From the NCBI GenBank assembly GCA_963422365.1, contig OY729426.1, positions 736,001 to 800,000 on the forward strand: 64,000 nucleotides of DNA, in the 5' to 3' direction. The position numbers and the translations under genes are program-made. Positions 13,707 to 23,700 of this stretch are shown here, piece by piece. Below the pieces are notes generated by a model that was not told the origin of the DNA, searched no databases, and saw nothing but the letters and a program-made list of their open reading frames with translations. This stretch comes from Nitrospirales bacterium (GTDB lineage: Bacteria > Nitrospirota > Nitrospiria > Nitrospirales > UBA8639). Position 1 is the stretch's first letter. The number at the start of each line of letters is the position of its first letter.

Positions 13707-14613
13707 TCAATAACAATGAAGGAGCTTCTCCACATTTTCCCGTGACGGCGCAAACCAGTATGAACTTGTGACCGGTTTGGAATAGTGGATAAGCCGGTCG
13801 GAAATCCCGTCTCCGGAGGCACCGAACATACGCTCCAGCAGGACCTGAAACCGGTGCAGCTCACAGGAGAAGGCGAGGAAGTCCAAGTCATACTCTTCGA
13901 CCGTTCCGTAGGGCGCACTCCGTCTGACAATCTTCAGGACCTTCCCGTTTTCTTGATAATCGGTCCGGCTTACGTGTGAAGCCGGGGGCATGGCCTCGCC
14001 TTTGAGTTCAAGGCTGTCCGGCTTGGTCCGGCCCACGACCTGTTCCTGTTCGGACAGGAACAGGTGATTGAAAGCGGGGAAGTCATGCCCCACTGCTGAG
14101 ACAACACAACCGCTCCTCCCGCCCCGTCTGCCCTTCAGGGATCAGAGCGGCTTCACGAGCCTTGTCTTCTTTGGGATTCGCGCTTCCGTCAATGAATCCA
14201 ATGAGGTCTCGTGACTCCCGGTACTGAAATCCAGCCCAGTCAAGCTTGAGTGCTCCGACTGTTCGCATGAACGAATGGATGGCCAGCACAACCTGCATGT
14301 TGACATCCAGGCGACCGCTCTGAATCCAAAACAGGATGTCCCGTTGCGTTGAAGGAACGGAATAGCCATCGACTCCTGAAAGAGCCGAAAAGGCTTGTAA
14401 TCCCTCAGGGTGCCACGAGGGGTTCAATGGCTCCCAAGTGTCTTTGCCAAATGCGAGAACAGGATCGGATGCCTCCCCTCCTTTGATAGCCAGTGCTGAC
14501 TGAATAGCCCGTCGTATATCTTGCGTCGCAGCATGAGGGTGAAGTTGATACTCCAAGTAATCAAAATGAGTGCGGCCTTCAGTAAAAATCCCTGCTTGTG
14601 GTAACGATGTCAT
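13707..14613 (-). pseudogene. DyP-type peroxidase, frameshifted near 14122-14125
   Basis: RDLIGFIDGSANP (GxxDG) in first ORF; QEQVVGRTK and IVRRSAPYG in second ORF; one extra base in a G4 run joins them. Confidence 0.88.
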
Positions 14614-14750
14614 CGTCCGGTTACCTTTTCCGCTTCGGTTATTTCCTCTCTATTAGACAGGACTCAGGTCACCCTGTTTTTTCGGGGAACGTCGTTGGTG
14701 ACGTCACGGGTTGACAGACCCTTGAAAATAGGGGACAAAGACGGTCGGAT

Positions 14751-14826
14751 GCGCCCGTAGCTCAATGGATAGAGCATCAGACTTCGGATCTGAGGGTTGG
14801 GGGTTCGACTCCCTCCGGGCGCGCCA
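14751..14826 (+). tRNA. tRNA-Arg (anticodon TCG)
   Basis: GCGCCCG/CGGGCGC acceptor stem; TCAGA-CTTCGGA-TCTGA anticodon arm; GTTCGAC T-loop; encoded CCA; TTGACA at 14711. Confidence 0.97.
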
Positions 14827-14829
14827 TCC

Positions 14830-14907
14830 CATCCGATAACCCAGGGCAAGATCGAGTGCTGGCATCAGGCCTTAAAGAACCGCCTCCTGTTGGAAAACTC
14901 CTGCCTA
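14830..14907 (+). mobile_element. IS3-family transposase (integrase core) fragment
   Basis: Translates as HPITQGKIECWHQALKNRLLLENSCL, resembling the IS3-type HPQTQGKIERWHQTLKNRILLEN segment; directly 3' of the tRNA. Confidence 0.7.
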
Positions 14908-15028
14908 GTTTATCTGGCGAATCAAAAATCGGGCATAAATTAGCTCGATGCTCGTTGAATAGGCAGCCAAGGATTTGGTAAGTTCTTTTCAATTAGGTGA
15001 AAAATACCTTTCAAATTTAAAGCCCTAT

Positions 15029-15811
15029 ATGGCATCACAGCCAATAGTACCGTCCTATTCCCACCCCCCAGTTCGAGAAGCCATCATTGATATTCAAATA
15101 GATGCGCTTTCTGAAGAGTTGCTTCCCAAACTAAAAGACTGCGGCACTGAGATTGAATCCGATTATCCTAAGACAAAAACTCAGCGAGGTACGATCTCTC
15201 TGAAGGTTTCTGATGGTGACGTGACATCGGAACAAAACCGACAACTTTTTGGTGGTTATAGTTTCCACTCCTCAGATGAAAGCAGATGCGTTCAATTGAG
15301 ACTCGATGGGTTTACTTTCAATCTCCTAAAGCCAGACCCTATGGCAGCATGGCCTGGTTGGAATGTTCTACGGGATGAAGCTCAAAGGGTATGGGATAAA
15401 TACGTAATGGTAACGAATACGGTTGAAATCAAACGTCTTGCAGTTCGGTACATCAATCAGATCGTTATTCCTGCCGGTGAAATAGAACTCCTTGATTATT
15501 TTACTGAACCACCGAGAATTCCAAATGGACTTCCCCAACATCTAAATCATTTTTTTAGTCGTATCGTGGTTAATAATCCAGACCCGAAAGCCTTTGTTAT
15601 TATTACACAAACCCCAGAACCTCAACCGCACCAAAGTCAACCAACTTTCACCCTCGATATTGATGTCATAAAAGAACAACGTCTGCCGTTAGACAGTTTT
15701 GATTTGTGGAGTACCCTTGATCGCTTCCGTGAGTTGAAGAATACTGTCTTTGAGGCAAGTTTACATCCAAAAGCCAAAAAACTTTTTGGACCGGAGGAAA
15801 GAAACAAATGA
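15029..15811 (+). CDS. TIGR04255-like protein
   Basis: YSHPPVREAIIDIQ; RLAVRYINQI; LDIDV...FRELKNTVFE pattern; AT-richer than flanks. Confidence 0.75.
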   Translation: MASQPIVPSYSHPPVREAIIDIQIDALSEELLPKLKDCGTEIESDYPKTKTQRGTISLKVSDGDVTSEQNRQLFGGYSFHSSDESRCVQLRLDGFTFNLLKPDPMAAWPGWNVLRDEAQRVWDKYVMVTNTVEIKRLAVRYINQIVIPAGEIELLDYFTEPPRIPNGLPQHLNHFFSRIVVNNPDPKAFVIITQTPEPQPHQSQPTFTLDIDVIKEQRLPLDSFDLWSTLDRFRELKNTVFEASLHPKAKKLFGPEERNK

Positions 15812-16326
15812 GTTTTGGAACGTTAGAAATGGCACCTGCTTCCAACACCTTAGAAAAAGGTGTCGGGAAGGATTCAAACCAGTTGTGGAAAACTGACAAA
15901 GAAGTGTCTCGTCATGCCACTCAACCGATCACATCAGGTGGTTGGAAACGTCTACTCGTGAGCGAGGCTTTTGAAATTTATAGCGAATGCTCAGAACCTG
16001 GTTGGGATGGGTATGATGCCTTGCCACTTTCCAAAGATTCCTTTTTACATGCACTCAGCTTTATCGACCTGATTCCGGTCTGGGCAGCCCCGCCCGATCT
16101 TGTCCCATCTCCTGATGGGTGGATCTCTTTTGAATGGCGTTCGCGCCAGGATAGAATTTTGTCAGTCACTCCAGAAAACGGAGTTTTGATCTATGCGACA
16201 ACGGTAGGCCCCAAAAATGTGCATTATGGGGGAGTTCCTTTGGAAGGATATCGAGAAAAATTACCACCTAACATAGCTGAAATATTATGTGAGTATTTTT
16301 ACAATGAAAGAACGTTCTCCTTCTGA
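15808..16326 (+). CDS. hypothetical protein (GWDGYDA...PDGWISFEW family)
   Basis: ATGA overlap with upstream gene; 172 aa. Confidence 0.7.
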   Translation: MSFGTLEMAPASNTLEKGVGKDSNQLWKTDKEVSRHATQPITSGGWKRLLVSEAFEIYSECSEPGWDGYDALPLSKDSFLHALSFIDLIPVWAAPPDLVPSPDGWISFEWRSRQDRILSVTPENGVLIYATTVGPKNVHYGGVPLEGYREKLPPNIAEILCEYFYNERTFSF

Positions 16327-16735
16327 TGTCGTTTCCGAAGAGCGCATTAGCCGGTATATTTTGAATAGGAGACACATCAAGCCTGAAAAGGATGAAATTA
16401 AGGTTGATGCCTTTCTGCCAACCAACCCTAAACCGGAACAACCGGAACGGCAAATTTCTGTTTACCGCACTATAAATTGTGAAGAAACTGAAATCTGGTC
16501 TATTGGCGCTCAATATGTCGAAAATCCCGGGAAAAATCGTGTGGTCCTTGCAAGAGGCGATCTCTTGGCACAAACGGTATACAGTCAGGATTTACGTATA
16601 GTTCCTCATCCTTTCCCCCATCCTCGTCACGCCAATATTGTCAATTGGCCGAATGAAGAGAACAAAGCACGTCGAAAAGTCAAAGCCGTATTGTTAGCTC
16701 AAAAATCGAGGCTTATTGTTAGACCTTCGACATAA
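16304..16735 (+). CDS. hypothetical protein, possible ADP-ribosyltransferase/RES-like toxin
   Basis: Overlaps previous gene; motifs ERISR, AFLP, ISVYR, HANI; fold is inferred. Confidence 0.55.
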   Translation: MKERSPSDVVSEERISRYILNRRHIKPEKDEIKVDAFLPTNPKPEQPERQISVYRTINCEETEIWSIGAQYVENPGKNRVVLARGDLLAQTVYSQDLRIVPHPFPHPRHANIVNWPNEENKARRKVKAVLLAQKSRLIVRPST

Positions 16736-16932
16736 AGTTACTCCCTCTAGGGTGTATTGCTAGGTCATTCATTTTCATGTCCTGGAGCCATCCATCAATT
16801 TGGTATGAGATCTGATATAACAAGTTTCCCTGGGATCGAAAAAGACCGACCTCGCCCCCCTGTTTTCGCCACTCCAATTGCCCCACCATACTGAGCCGGA
16901 CTCATCCGGTCGTCAAAAAGAGGATCAGCGCA

Positions 16933-18489
16933 GTGATCGACGCCTTCATCATCATTAGCTATTTCGTCATCATTCTGCTCATTGGCCTTTGGTCACGGGT
17001 CAGGGCCAAGGACGTGTCGGTCAACGAGTATTTTTTAAGCTCGAATCGCCTGCGATGGCCCACCATCGCCATGTCGACCATCGGCACGAACATTCATGCC
17101 GGCCACTTCCTGGGGATGATGGGCTCTGCCTACCTGTACGGCCTGGCCCAGGCCAATTTAGAGATCAATGCGATTTTCGGCATTCTCGTCGCTGCGTTTA
17201 TCTTCGTCCCCTTCTATTTGAAACACAGGGTCATCACCATCTCGCAATTTTTTGAAGAGAAATTCGGCCCCCGCGTGGCGCTGACCTACTCCCTCTTGAG
17301 CCTCGCTCTCTTCGCCACGGTGTACGTCGGCGCGGTCCTGTTTTGGGGAGCATATGCGGTCCATGCCACGTTTGGCGACCACCTGCATTTCATCAGTGAC
17401 AATCCCGTGATACGAGTCGCCGTGATCCTTGTTCTGTTAGGCATGTTCTCGGCGATCTACACGCTGTTAGGTGGACTCACGGCCGTCGTGCGCACGGACG
17501 TCTTTCAATGTGTTCTGTTGCTGCTGGGCGGGGTGATTCTCCTGTATCTCTCCGTGAAGGAGTTGGGAGGCTGGGAGCAGCTTTACGAGAAGACGCCTCA
17601 GCTGATGCACCTCCACCTTCCCACGGATCATCCGACGTTGCCGTGGACCGCCATTTTCAGCATGCTGCTGCTGAACCTCAACTACTGGGGGTGTAATCAG
17701 GTCATCCTCCAGCGAGCCCTGGCTGCCAAGAATTTGCGAGAGGCTCAGATCGGGCTGTTGGTGGGGGGCGTACTCAAATACGTCATGGCCGGGATCATCA
17801 TTCTCCCCGGCGTGGCCTTGGCCGGCATGTTGATGGACAATCCTCTCCAAGACCCCGACCAGAGTTATATCGTCTTGATTGATACGCTTCTCCCCACGGG
17901 GTTGCGTGGCGTCATTCTTGTGGGACTGTTTGCCTCGCTCATGAGCTCGGTGGATTCCATGTTTCATTCGTTGTCCACGTTGTGGTCGATCGACGTGTAC
18001 AAACGGTATCTCAATCCCACGGCCAGCGACCAACAGGTCGTCAGGGTCGGTAAATGGGCCATCGTGGTCTGCTTGGTGACCGGCATCCTGTTTGGCTTCT
18101 TGCAACTGTACGTCAAATATCAGGACCCCGGCTTTGCCCTGACCCATTGGTTTAATGACGTGTCGTACTATATGAAGAATGGCTTCGTGGTGTTGATCTG
18201 CACGGCGATTTTCTTGATCAAGCCCTCTCCCAAGCTGGTGCTTTATGCCCTCTTCTTGAGCATCGCGGTGTCCCTGGGTTTGAAATTCACCGTTCCCGAT
18301 ATGGCGTATTTTAACCGCGCCCTGTATACCATTGTCCTCACCTTTGCCGTGGTGGCGATTCCCACGGTGGCCAAAAACGGGTGGCGAATCAAAAGGCAAG
18401 ACCTTGTTCAGATCGCCAGCCCGACAATCGGATACTGTGCCCTCGGTCTGGGCCTTTCCCTCATGGTCGTACATGTGGTCTTTCACTGA
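16933..18489 (+). CDS. sodium:solute symporter family transporter
   Basis: YTLLGGLTAVVRTDVFQ; NQVILQRALAAK; SLMSSVDS; many TM helices. Confidence 0.93.
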   Translation: MIDAFIIISYFVIILLIGLWSRVRAKDVSVNEYFLSSNRLRWPTIAMSTIGTNIHAGHFLGMMGSAYLYGLAQANLEINAIFGILVAAFIFVPFYLKHRVITISQFFEEKFGPRVALTYSLLSLALFATVYVGAVLFWGAYAVHATFGDHLHFISDNPVIRVAVILVLLGMFSAIYTLLGGLTAVVRTDVFQCVLLLLGGVILLYLSVKELGGWEQLYEKTPQLMHLHLPTDHPTLPWTAIFSMLLLNLNYWGCNQVILQRALAAKNLREAQIGLLVGGVLKYVMAGIIILPGVALAGMLMDNPLQDPDQSYIVLIDTLLPTGLRGVILVGLFASLMSSVDSMFHSLSTLWSIDVYKRYLNPTASDQQVVRVGKWAIVVCLVTGILFGFLQLYVKYQDPGFALTHWFNDVSYYMKNGFVVLICTAIFLIKPSPKLVLYALFLSIAVSLGLKFTVPDMAYFNRALYTIVLTFAVVAIPTVAKNGWRIKRQDLVQIASPTIGYCALGLGLSLMVVHVVFH

Positions 18490-18613
18490 CGTGGCCGGCC
18501 TGTGATTGAGAAGCGATCTCAAATGTGTCATTCTGCATTCTGCAGAACGCGCGACGAACGGTCATCCCTGCAGTGTGTGGCGGGGATCTAGGAATTTCAA
18601 ACCTCTGCCTTGC

Positions 18614-18796
18614 CACATGGTGGTGTACGCTGGGGCGTGCCATAGCTTCACCAATTCCGGTGCTGATGCGCACGGGATCGACGCCTTGAAGTACGATCAA
18701 CGGGCCAATGAGCGGTCTTGGAAGCACATGCAGCTTTTTTTCGATGAAATCTTTCACGGTTCCGAGCAGGGACTTCCACCGTCTTTAGCCCACTGA
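18614..18796 (+). pseudogene. dienelactone hydrolase C-terminal fragment
   Basis: VVYAGACHSFTNSGAD...YDQRANERSWKHMQLFFDEIF; N-terminal domain absent. Confidence 0.7.
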
Positions 18797-18811
18797 TCAT
18801 TGCAACGTTTC

Positions 18812-18840
18812 TGTCATTCCCGCGACAGCGGGAATCCGGA
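18812..18840. repeat. REP-like palindromic element, copy 1
   Basis: TGTCATTCCCGCGACAGCGGGAATCCGGA; 26/29 identical to 61378-61406. Confidence 0.7.
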
Positions 18841-18902
18841 TTGGTGGCTCAAACGCCTTTGGACCGCTGATCGTTTCAGCCAACTGGAATCTCCTCCTCC
18901 CC

Positions 18903-20138
18903 ATGGATTTATTTGACATCCTCGCCGTGGTACTCACTCTGACTGCCGGATTCTCGTATCTCAACTGCCGGTTCGTTGGATTACCAGTCACCATCGGCGT
19001 GATGGTGATTGCCTTAGCGGTTTCTCTCCTGCTGCAGGGGATTGATCTCTTGGGGTATCACCTGGAGGCCCATGCAGCCGGGTGGCTTCAATCAATCGAC
19101 TTTAATCAGACGCTGCTTCACGGCATGTTGAGTTTTTTGCTCTTTGCCGGAGCCTTGCACGTGAATCTCAACGATCTGTTCAACCAAAAATGGACCATCG
19201 GGTCGTTGGCCACCGTCGGCATCCTGCTCTCGACCGTGTTGGTCGGGACCTTCACGTATGAGGTGTTGGCCCTGATCGGCATTCCGCTTCCCTATCTCAC
19301 CTGCCTGGTTTTTGGAGCCTTGATTTCTCCGACTGATCCCATTGCGGTGTTGAGCATCTTGAAAAACGCCAAAGCTCCCAAAAGCTTGGAAGTGAAGATT
19401 ACCGGAGAATCGCTCTTTAACGATGGCGTGGGCGTCGTGGTCTTTGTAGTCCTGGCTGAAGTGGCGGCTGGAACCCACGAACCCACCTTGACCCATATCG
19501 TGGGTCTGTTCGCCCAAGAAGCCGTGGGTGGACTCGTCTTTGGATTAGGATTGGGCTATCTGACCTATTGGCTCGTCAAAAGCATCGACAATTATCAAGT
19601 CGAAGTCATGATTACCCTGGCTGCCGTGACCGGCGGCTATGCGTTGGCCAGCGCGCTCCACCTTTCCGGTCCCCTTGCTGTGGTGGTGGCCGGGTTGCTG
19701 GTGGGCAATCAGGGTCGAGTGTTGGGGATGTCGGAGAAAACGCGGGAGCATCTTGATACATTTTGGGAACTGGTCGATGAAATCTTGAACGCGGTCCTGT
19801 TTGTCTTGATCGGCCTGGAAGTGCTGGTTCTCACGTTTACCCAGGAATATCTCCTCGCAAGCGCGGTGATGATTCCTCTGATTCTCCTGTCGCGGCTTGC
19901 GGCGATTGGGCTGCCCCTTGCGCTTCTGCGTCGCGTGCGATCATTCACCCCCTGGGCCACGTGGTTGATGACGTGGGGAGGCTTGCGTGGAGGCATCAGC
20001 GTTGCCCTGGCCTTGTCACTCCCCACCGGACCAGAACGAGACGTCATCCTGGCGATGACCTACGTGGTGGTCGTCTTCTCCATCGTGGTCCAGGGGCTGA
20101 CCATGGAAAAGCTGGTCAAAGCCCTGATCCCCCGTTGA
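18903..20138 (+). CDS. CPA1-family Na+/H+ antiporter
   Basis: ISPTDPIAV; GESLFNDG; WGGLRGGISVALAL. Confidence 0.95.
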   Translation: MDLFDILAVVLTLTAGFSYLNCRFVGLPVTIGVMVIALAVSLLLQGIDLLGYHLEAHAAGWLQSIDFNQTLLHGMLSFLLFAGALHVNLNDLFNQKWTIGSLATVGILLSTVLVGTFTYEVLALIGIPLPYLTCLVFGALISPTDPIAVLSILKNAKAPKSLEVKITGESLFNDGVGVVVFVVLAEVAAGTHEPTLTHIVGLFAQEAVGGLVFGLGLGYLTYWLVKSIDNYQVEVMITLAAVTGGYALASALHLSGPLAVVVAGLLVGNQGRVLGMSEKTREHLDTFWELVDEILNAVLFVLIGLEVLVLTFTQEYLLASAVMIPLILLSRLAAIGLPLALLRRVRSFTPWATWLMTWGGLRGGISVALALSLPTGPERDVILAMTYVVVVFSIVVQGLTMEKLVKALIPR

Positions 20139-20426
20139 GTGAAAGAGGAATGCCACCCACAAGAAAGAGCATCCTGCATAGGCAATGTTGAAGACAGGAA
20201 CAACTTCGTGAACTTCGGCAACGACACGGATGAAATTTTGAAAAATAGGGACGGGAACACTTCGGTCACCCCTGCAACGGTCCTACTCCATCGGCGGATC
20301 GGCACCTCGCCCGCTCCCCGGATGTTGACACCATACGAAATCGACTTGCTACGGCAAAGCAAGCGAGAAATCGACCAAGTCGAACACGAAGTCTTCGCGC
20401 GCAAAAACAAGAGATCGCAAACCTGA
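20139..20426 (+). CDS. small hypothetical protein (true start uncertain)
   Basis: ORF only; C-terminal MLTPYEIDLLRQSKREI looks protein-like. Confidence 0.35.
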   Translation: MKEECHPQERASCIGNVEDRNNFVNFGNDTDEILKNRDGNTSVTPATVLLHRRIGTSPAPRMLTPYEIDLLRQSKREIDQVEHEVFARKNKRSQT

Positions 20427-20523
20427 AGCGCGTTTGCAAGACGGTTTTCGCAGTGTTCAACCGCAGCCCAGTTGTGATAAAGTGGATGGAAGGATGAGAG
20501 GGTCGTATGAGAGGGTCGTGATC

Positions 20524-20610
20524 GTGAATGACGATTTCAACGCAGATTTCGAGAAACTCATGGGGTTTCCTCCGTTCGATTGGCAGAAATGCTTTTTGCC
20601 ACAATTCTTT
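20524..20610 (+). pseudogene. N-terminal remnant of another type I-G cas3
   Basis: GTG-start NDDFNADFEKLMGFPPFDWQ matches the Cas3 Q-motif start (compare FTKITGYDKAYQWQ of the intact gene). Confidence 0.55.
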
Positions 20611-20721
20611 CGTCAAGAGCCATATTCCTTCCGTGCTCGATCCCGATGAGTCTCGGCAAAGCTTCGGTCATGGCGATCTGATATCTGTTCCTGAAGACCG
20701 AGGATAGAATACATCGCTGTC

Positions 20722-23700
20722 ATGAATGCGTTTGACCATCTCTTCACCAAAATTACTGGGTATGACAAGGCGTATCAGTGGCAAGTGGAACTTGCGAGTC
20801 CAACCGACTGCGGGAATCGCCTGATTTGCATTCCGACCGGCTTTGGCAAGACCCTGGGCGTTCTCGCAACCTGGGTGTGGCATCGCGTACACAACCCCAG
20901 TGACACTTGGCCGCGCCGTCTGGTCTGGTGTCTGCCCATGCGGGTGCTGGTCGAGCAGACGGAAAGCGAAGTCCGCGCGGCGCTCGACCGTCTGGGGCTG
21001 CTATGGGATGGGAAAAGCCCTCACGACGGCAAGGTTGGCGTTCACCTGCTGATGGGCGGTGCCGACGCCGGCCAATGGCACCTCTATCCGGAATGCGACG
21101 CCGTGCTGATCGGGACGCAGGACATGCTGCTTTCACGAGCCATGAACCGGGGCTATGCGAGCCCCCGGGCGCGCTGGCCCATGGAGTTCGGGCTGCTGAA
21201 CCAGGATGCCCTGTGGGTGATGGACGAGGTGCAGTTGATGGATGTGGGCCTTGCCACCTCAGGACAACTTCAGGTGTTTCGGGGCGATGACCAAGCCGCC
21301 AAGAAGTCGTTGCGGCCCTGCTTCACTTGGTGGATGAGCGCAACGTTGCAGCGCACTTGGCTGGAAAAGAGCCCGGACACGGCCGACTTGACCGCTGAGC
21401 TCGCCCGGAAGACGCACGGCATTGGCTCCAAGGATCGGGTGGGCCGCCTATGGAATGACGTGATCAAGCCTTGGGAAGCCGTTCCGTTCACCAATCCGCA
21501 GGAGCTCGCTGAGGATCTGTCCCAACGTCACCGTGATCTTGGTTGCGGAAAGAAGGGGCCGACGCTGGTTGTGCTCAATACGGTGGAGCGGGCCGTTGCA
21601 GTCTGGACGGCGCTTCGGCGGGACAGGACGCTGCGGGACGCGGATACGGACATTCGCTTGACGCACAGCCGCTTCCGCCCCGTCGAACGCCAAGCTTGGC
21701 GCGCAGAATTCCTGAACCGCGAGGCTTGCAGCCCGGGAACGAATCGCATCATCGTTTCCACCCAGGTCGTCGAGGCGGGCGTGGACATCTCGGCATCACT
21801 GCTGGTCACCGAGCTGGCACCCTGGCCAAGTTTGGTGCAGCGGTTCGGCCGGTGCGCACGGTGGGGTGGAATGGGTCGGGTCGTCGTTGCGGACTTCGGG
21901 CACGACAGCGACAAGAAAGCCGCTCCCTACTCAGAGGATGAGCTCGATGCCGCGTGTGAAGCCTGCAAGGATCTGCCGTACGTTGGGCCCATCCATCTCG
22001 AATGCTTCGAGGATGCGCATGAAGCGTTGCTGCCGCGCCTCTATCCCTATGAACCCAGGCACTTGTTGCTGCGCCACGAATTGGACGAACTGTTCGACAC
22101 TTCTCCAGATTTGTCCGGGGCGGACATCGATATCAGCCGTTTCATACGCTCTGGCGACGAACGCGACGTGCAGGTCTTTTGGGCCGATGTCGAAGACAAG
22201 TCGCATCCAGCATCGAACCTGAAGCCGAAGCGCGACGAGCTTTGCAGCGTACCCTTCCTCAAGGCTCGCGAATGGCTATGCGCATCACCGAAGTCGGAGA
22301 AGCTGAAACCCGACGCTCACGCATGGGTCTGGGACTGGCTTGACCGCAAGTGGCGCCGTGCCGGACGCCGTGACCTCCATCCGGGCCAGACGGTGCTGGT
22401 TGACAGCGGAGTGGGGGGCTACGACCGTGCTCGAGGCTGGGACCCGAATTCCAAGGCTCCGGTCGAGCCAGTGAGCCTCGTGGACGAGGAGCCCACTGGT
22501 CACCGCCCTTGCTGGAAACGCGACGGCGACGGCTGGCTTCCGAGCGAGCGTCGCATTCGCAAGCTTCCGCCCGAGGACCTCGCCGATGACGCTGAAGAAG
22601 ATGAATCGCTGAGTGTGTCCGGTTGGCAGACCATCGCCAGCCACGGCCTGCAGGTGGGCGAGGAGGTCGAATGCATTGCCAAGGGGGTTGCGCCATCGGA
22701 AGCTCGGCTGCTGCACTTGGCCGGACGCTGGCACGATCTCGGCAAGGCGCATCCGGCTTTTCAAGGCTCCATTCAGGCCCACGACCGCCCTGAACGAGAC
22801 GACATCGCCAAAGCGCCGGACCGCGCTTGGCCGTGCAGCCCGAACAACATGTACCGCATCGATGTTACGGACCAACGGCGCGGATTTCGCCACGAACTGG
22901 CGAGCGCACTCGGCCTGTTCGGCGTTCTGCAACGACATGATTCGCAGCATCCGGCGCTGCTCGGCCCGTGGCGCGAGTGGTTCGACGCCATGGGAGATGC
23001 CCATACGACGGAAGATTCCACTTGCGGCGCGGTCACTGCCAAGCCCACGGCCATCGAACAGGAGATACTCGATCTCGCCGCCGCCGAGTTCGACTTGCTC
23101 GCCTATCTGGTTTGCGCCCACCACGGCAAGGTGCGGATGGCTTGGCACGCAAGCCCCGCCGACCAGAAGGCGGATGATCGCCGGCTGCGCATACGAGGCG
23201 TTCGGGAGGACGACATATTGCCGCCGCTGCCATTGGCCGACGCCGCCGGCAAGTTCCAGGAACTGCCCGCGACGGCGCTGGACCTGTCTCCTTCCGAAGC
23301 GGGTTTGAGCGTTCGAACCGGCAGGAGCTGGACCGAGCGCGTGCTGAATCTCGTCGAGCGCTTCGGACCGTTCACGTTGGCCTGGCTGGAAGCTCTGCTG
23401 CGCGCCGCCGATCAGCGCGCCTCGATGAAAGTGATTACGGATACGCTGTTACAGGAACAGGAGAACAACGATGCCGGACAATCATTGGGTAAAAGCCATC
23501 GAACACTGGCGCCTCCTGCCGGAGGAGGAGCGTCAACGACGCCACCAGGAGTCGATCCCCCGTCACGTCGCCAACTCCATGGCGATGGAGGGCGAGCCGG
23601 TGGACGAAGCGTGGATTCGGGAACGACTCGCCCTCCGCATTCGGCCACCCGCTACGTCGAAACCGCCCTCGGCATCCTGAGCTATCAGGAACTCGCCCCG

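Noticed and set aside
17467..18531. 354-aa antisense ORF
   Set aside because: Shadow of the symporter gene
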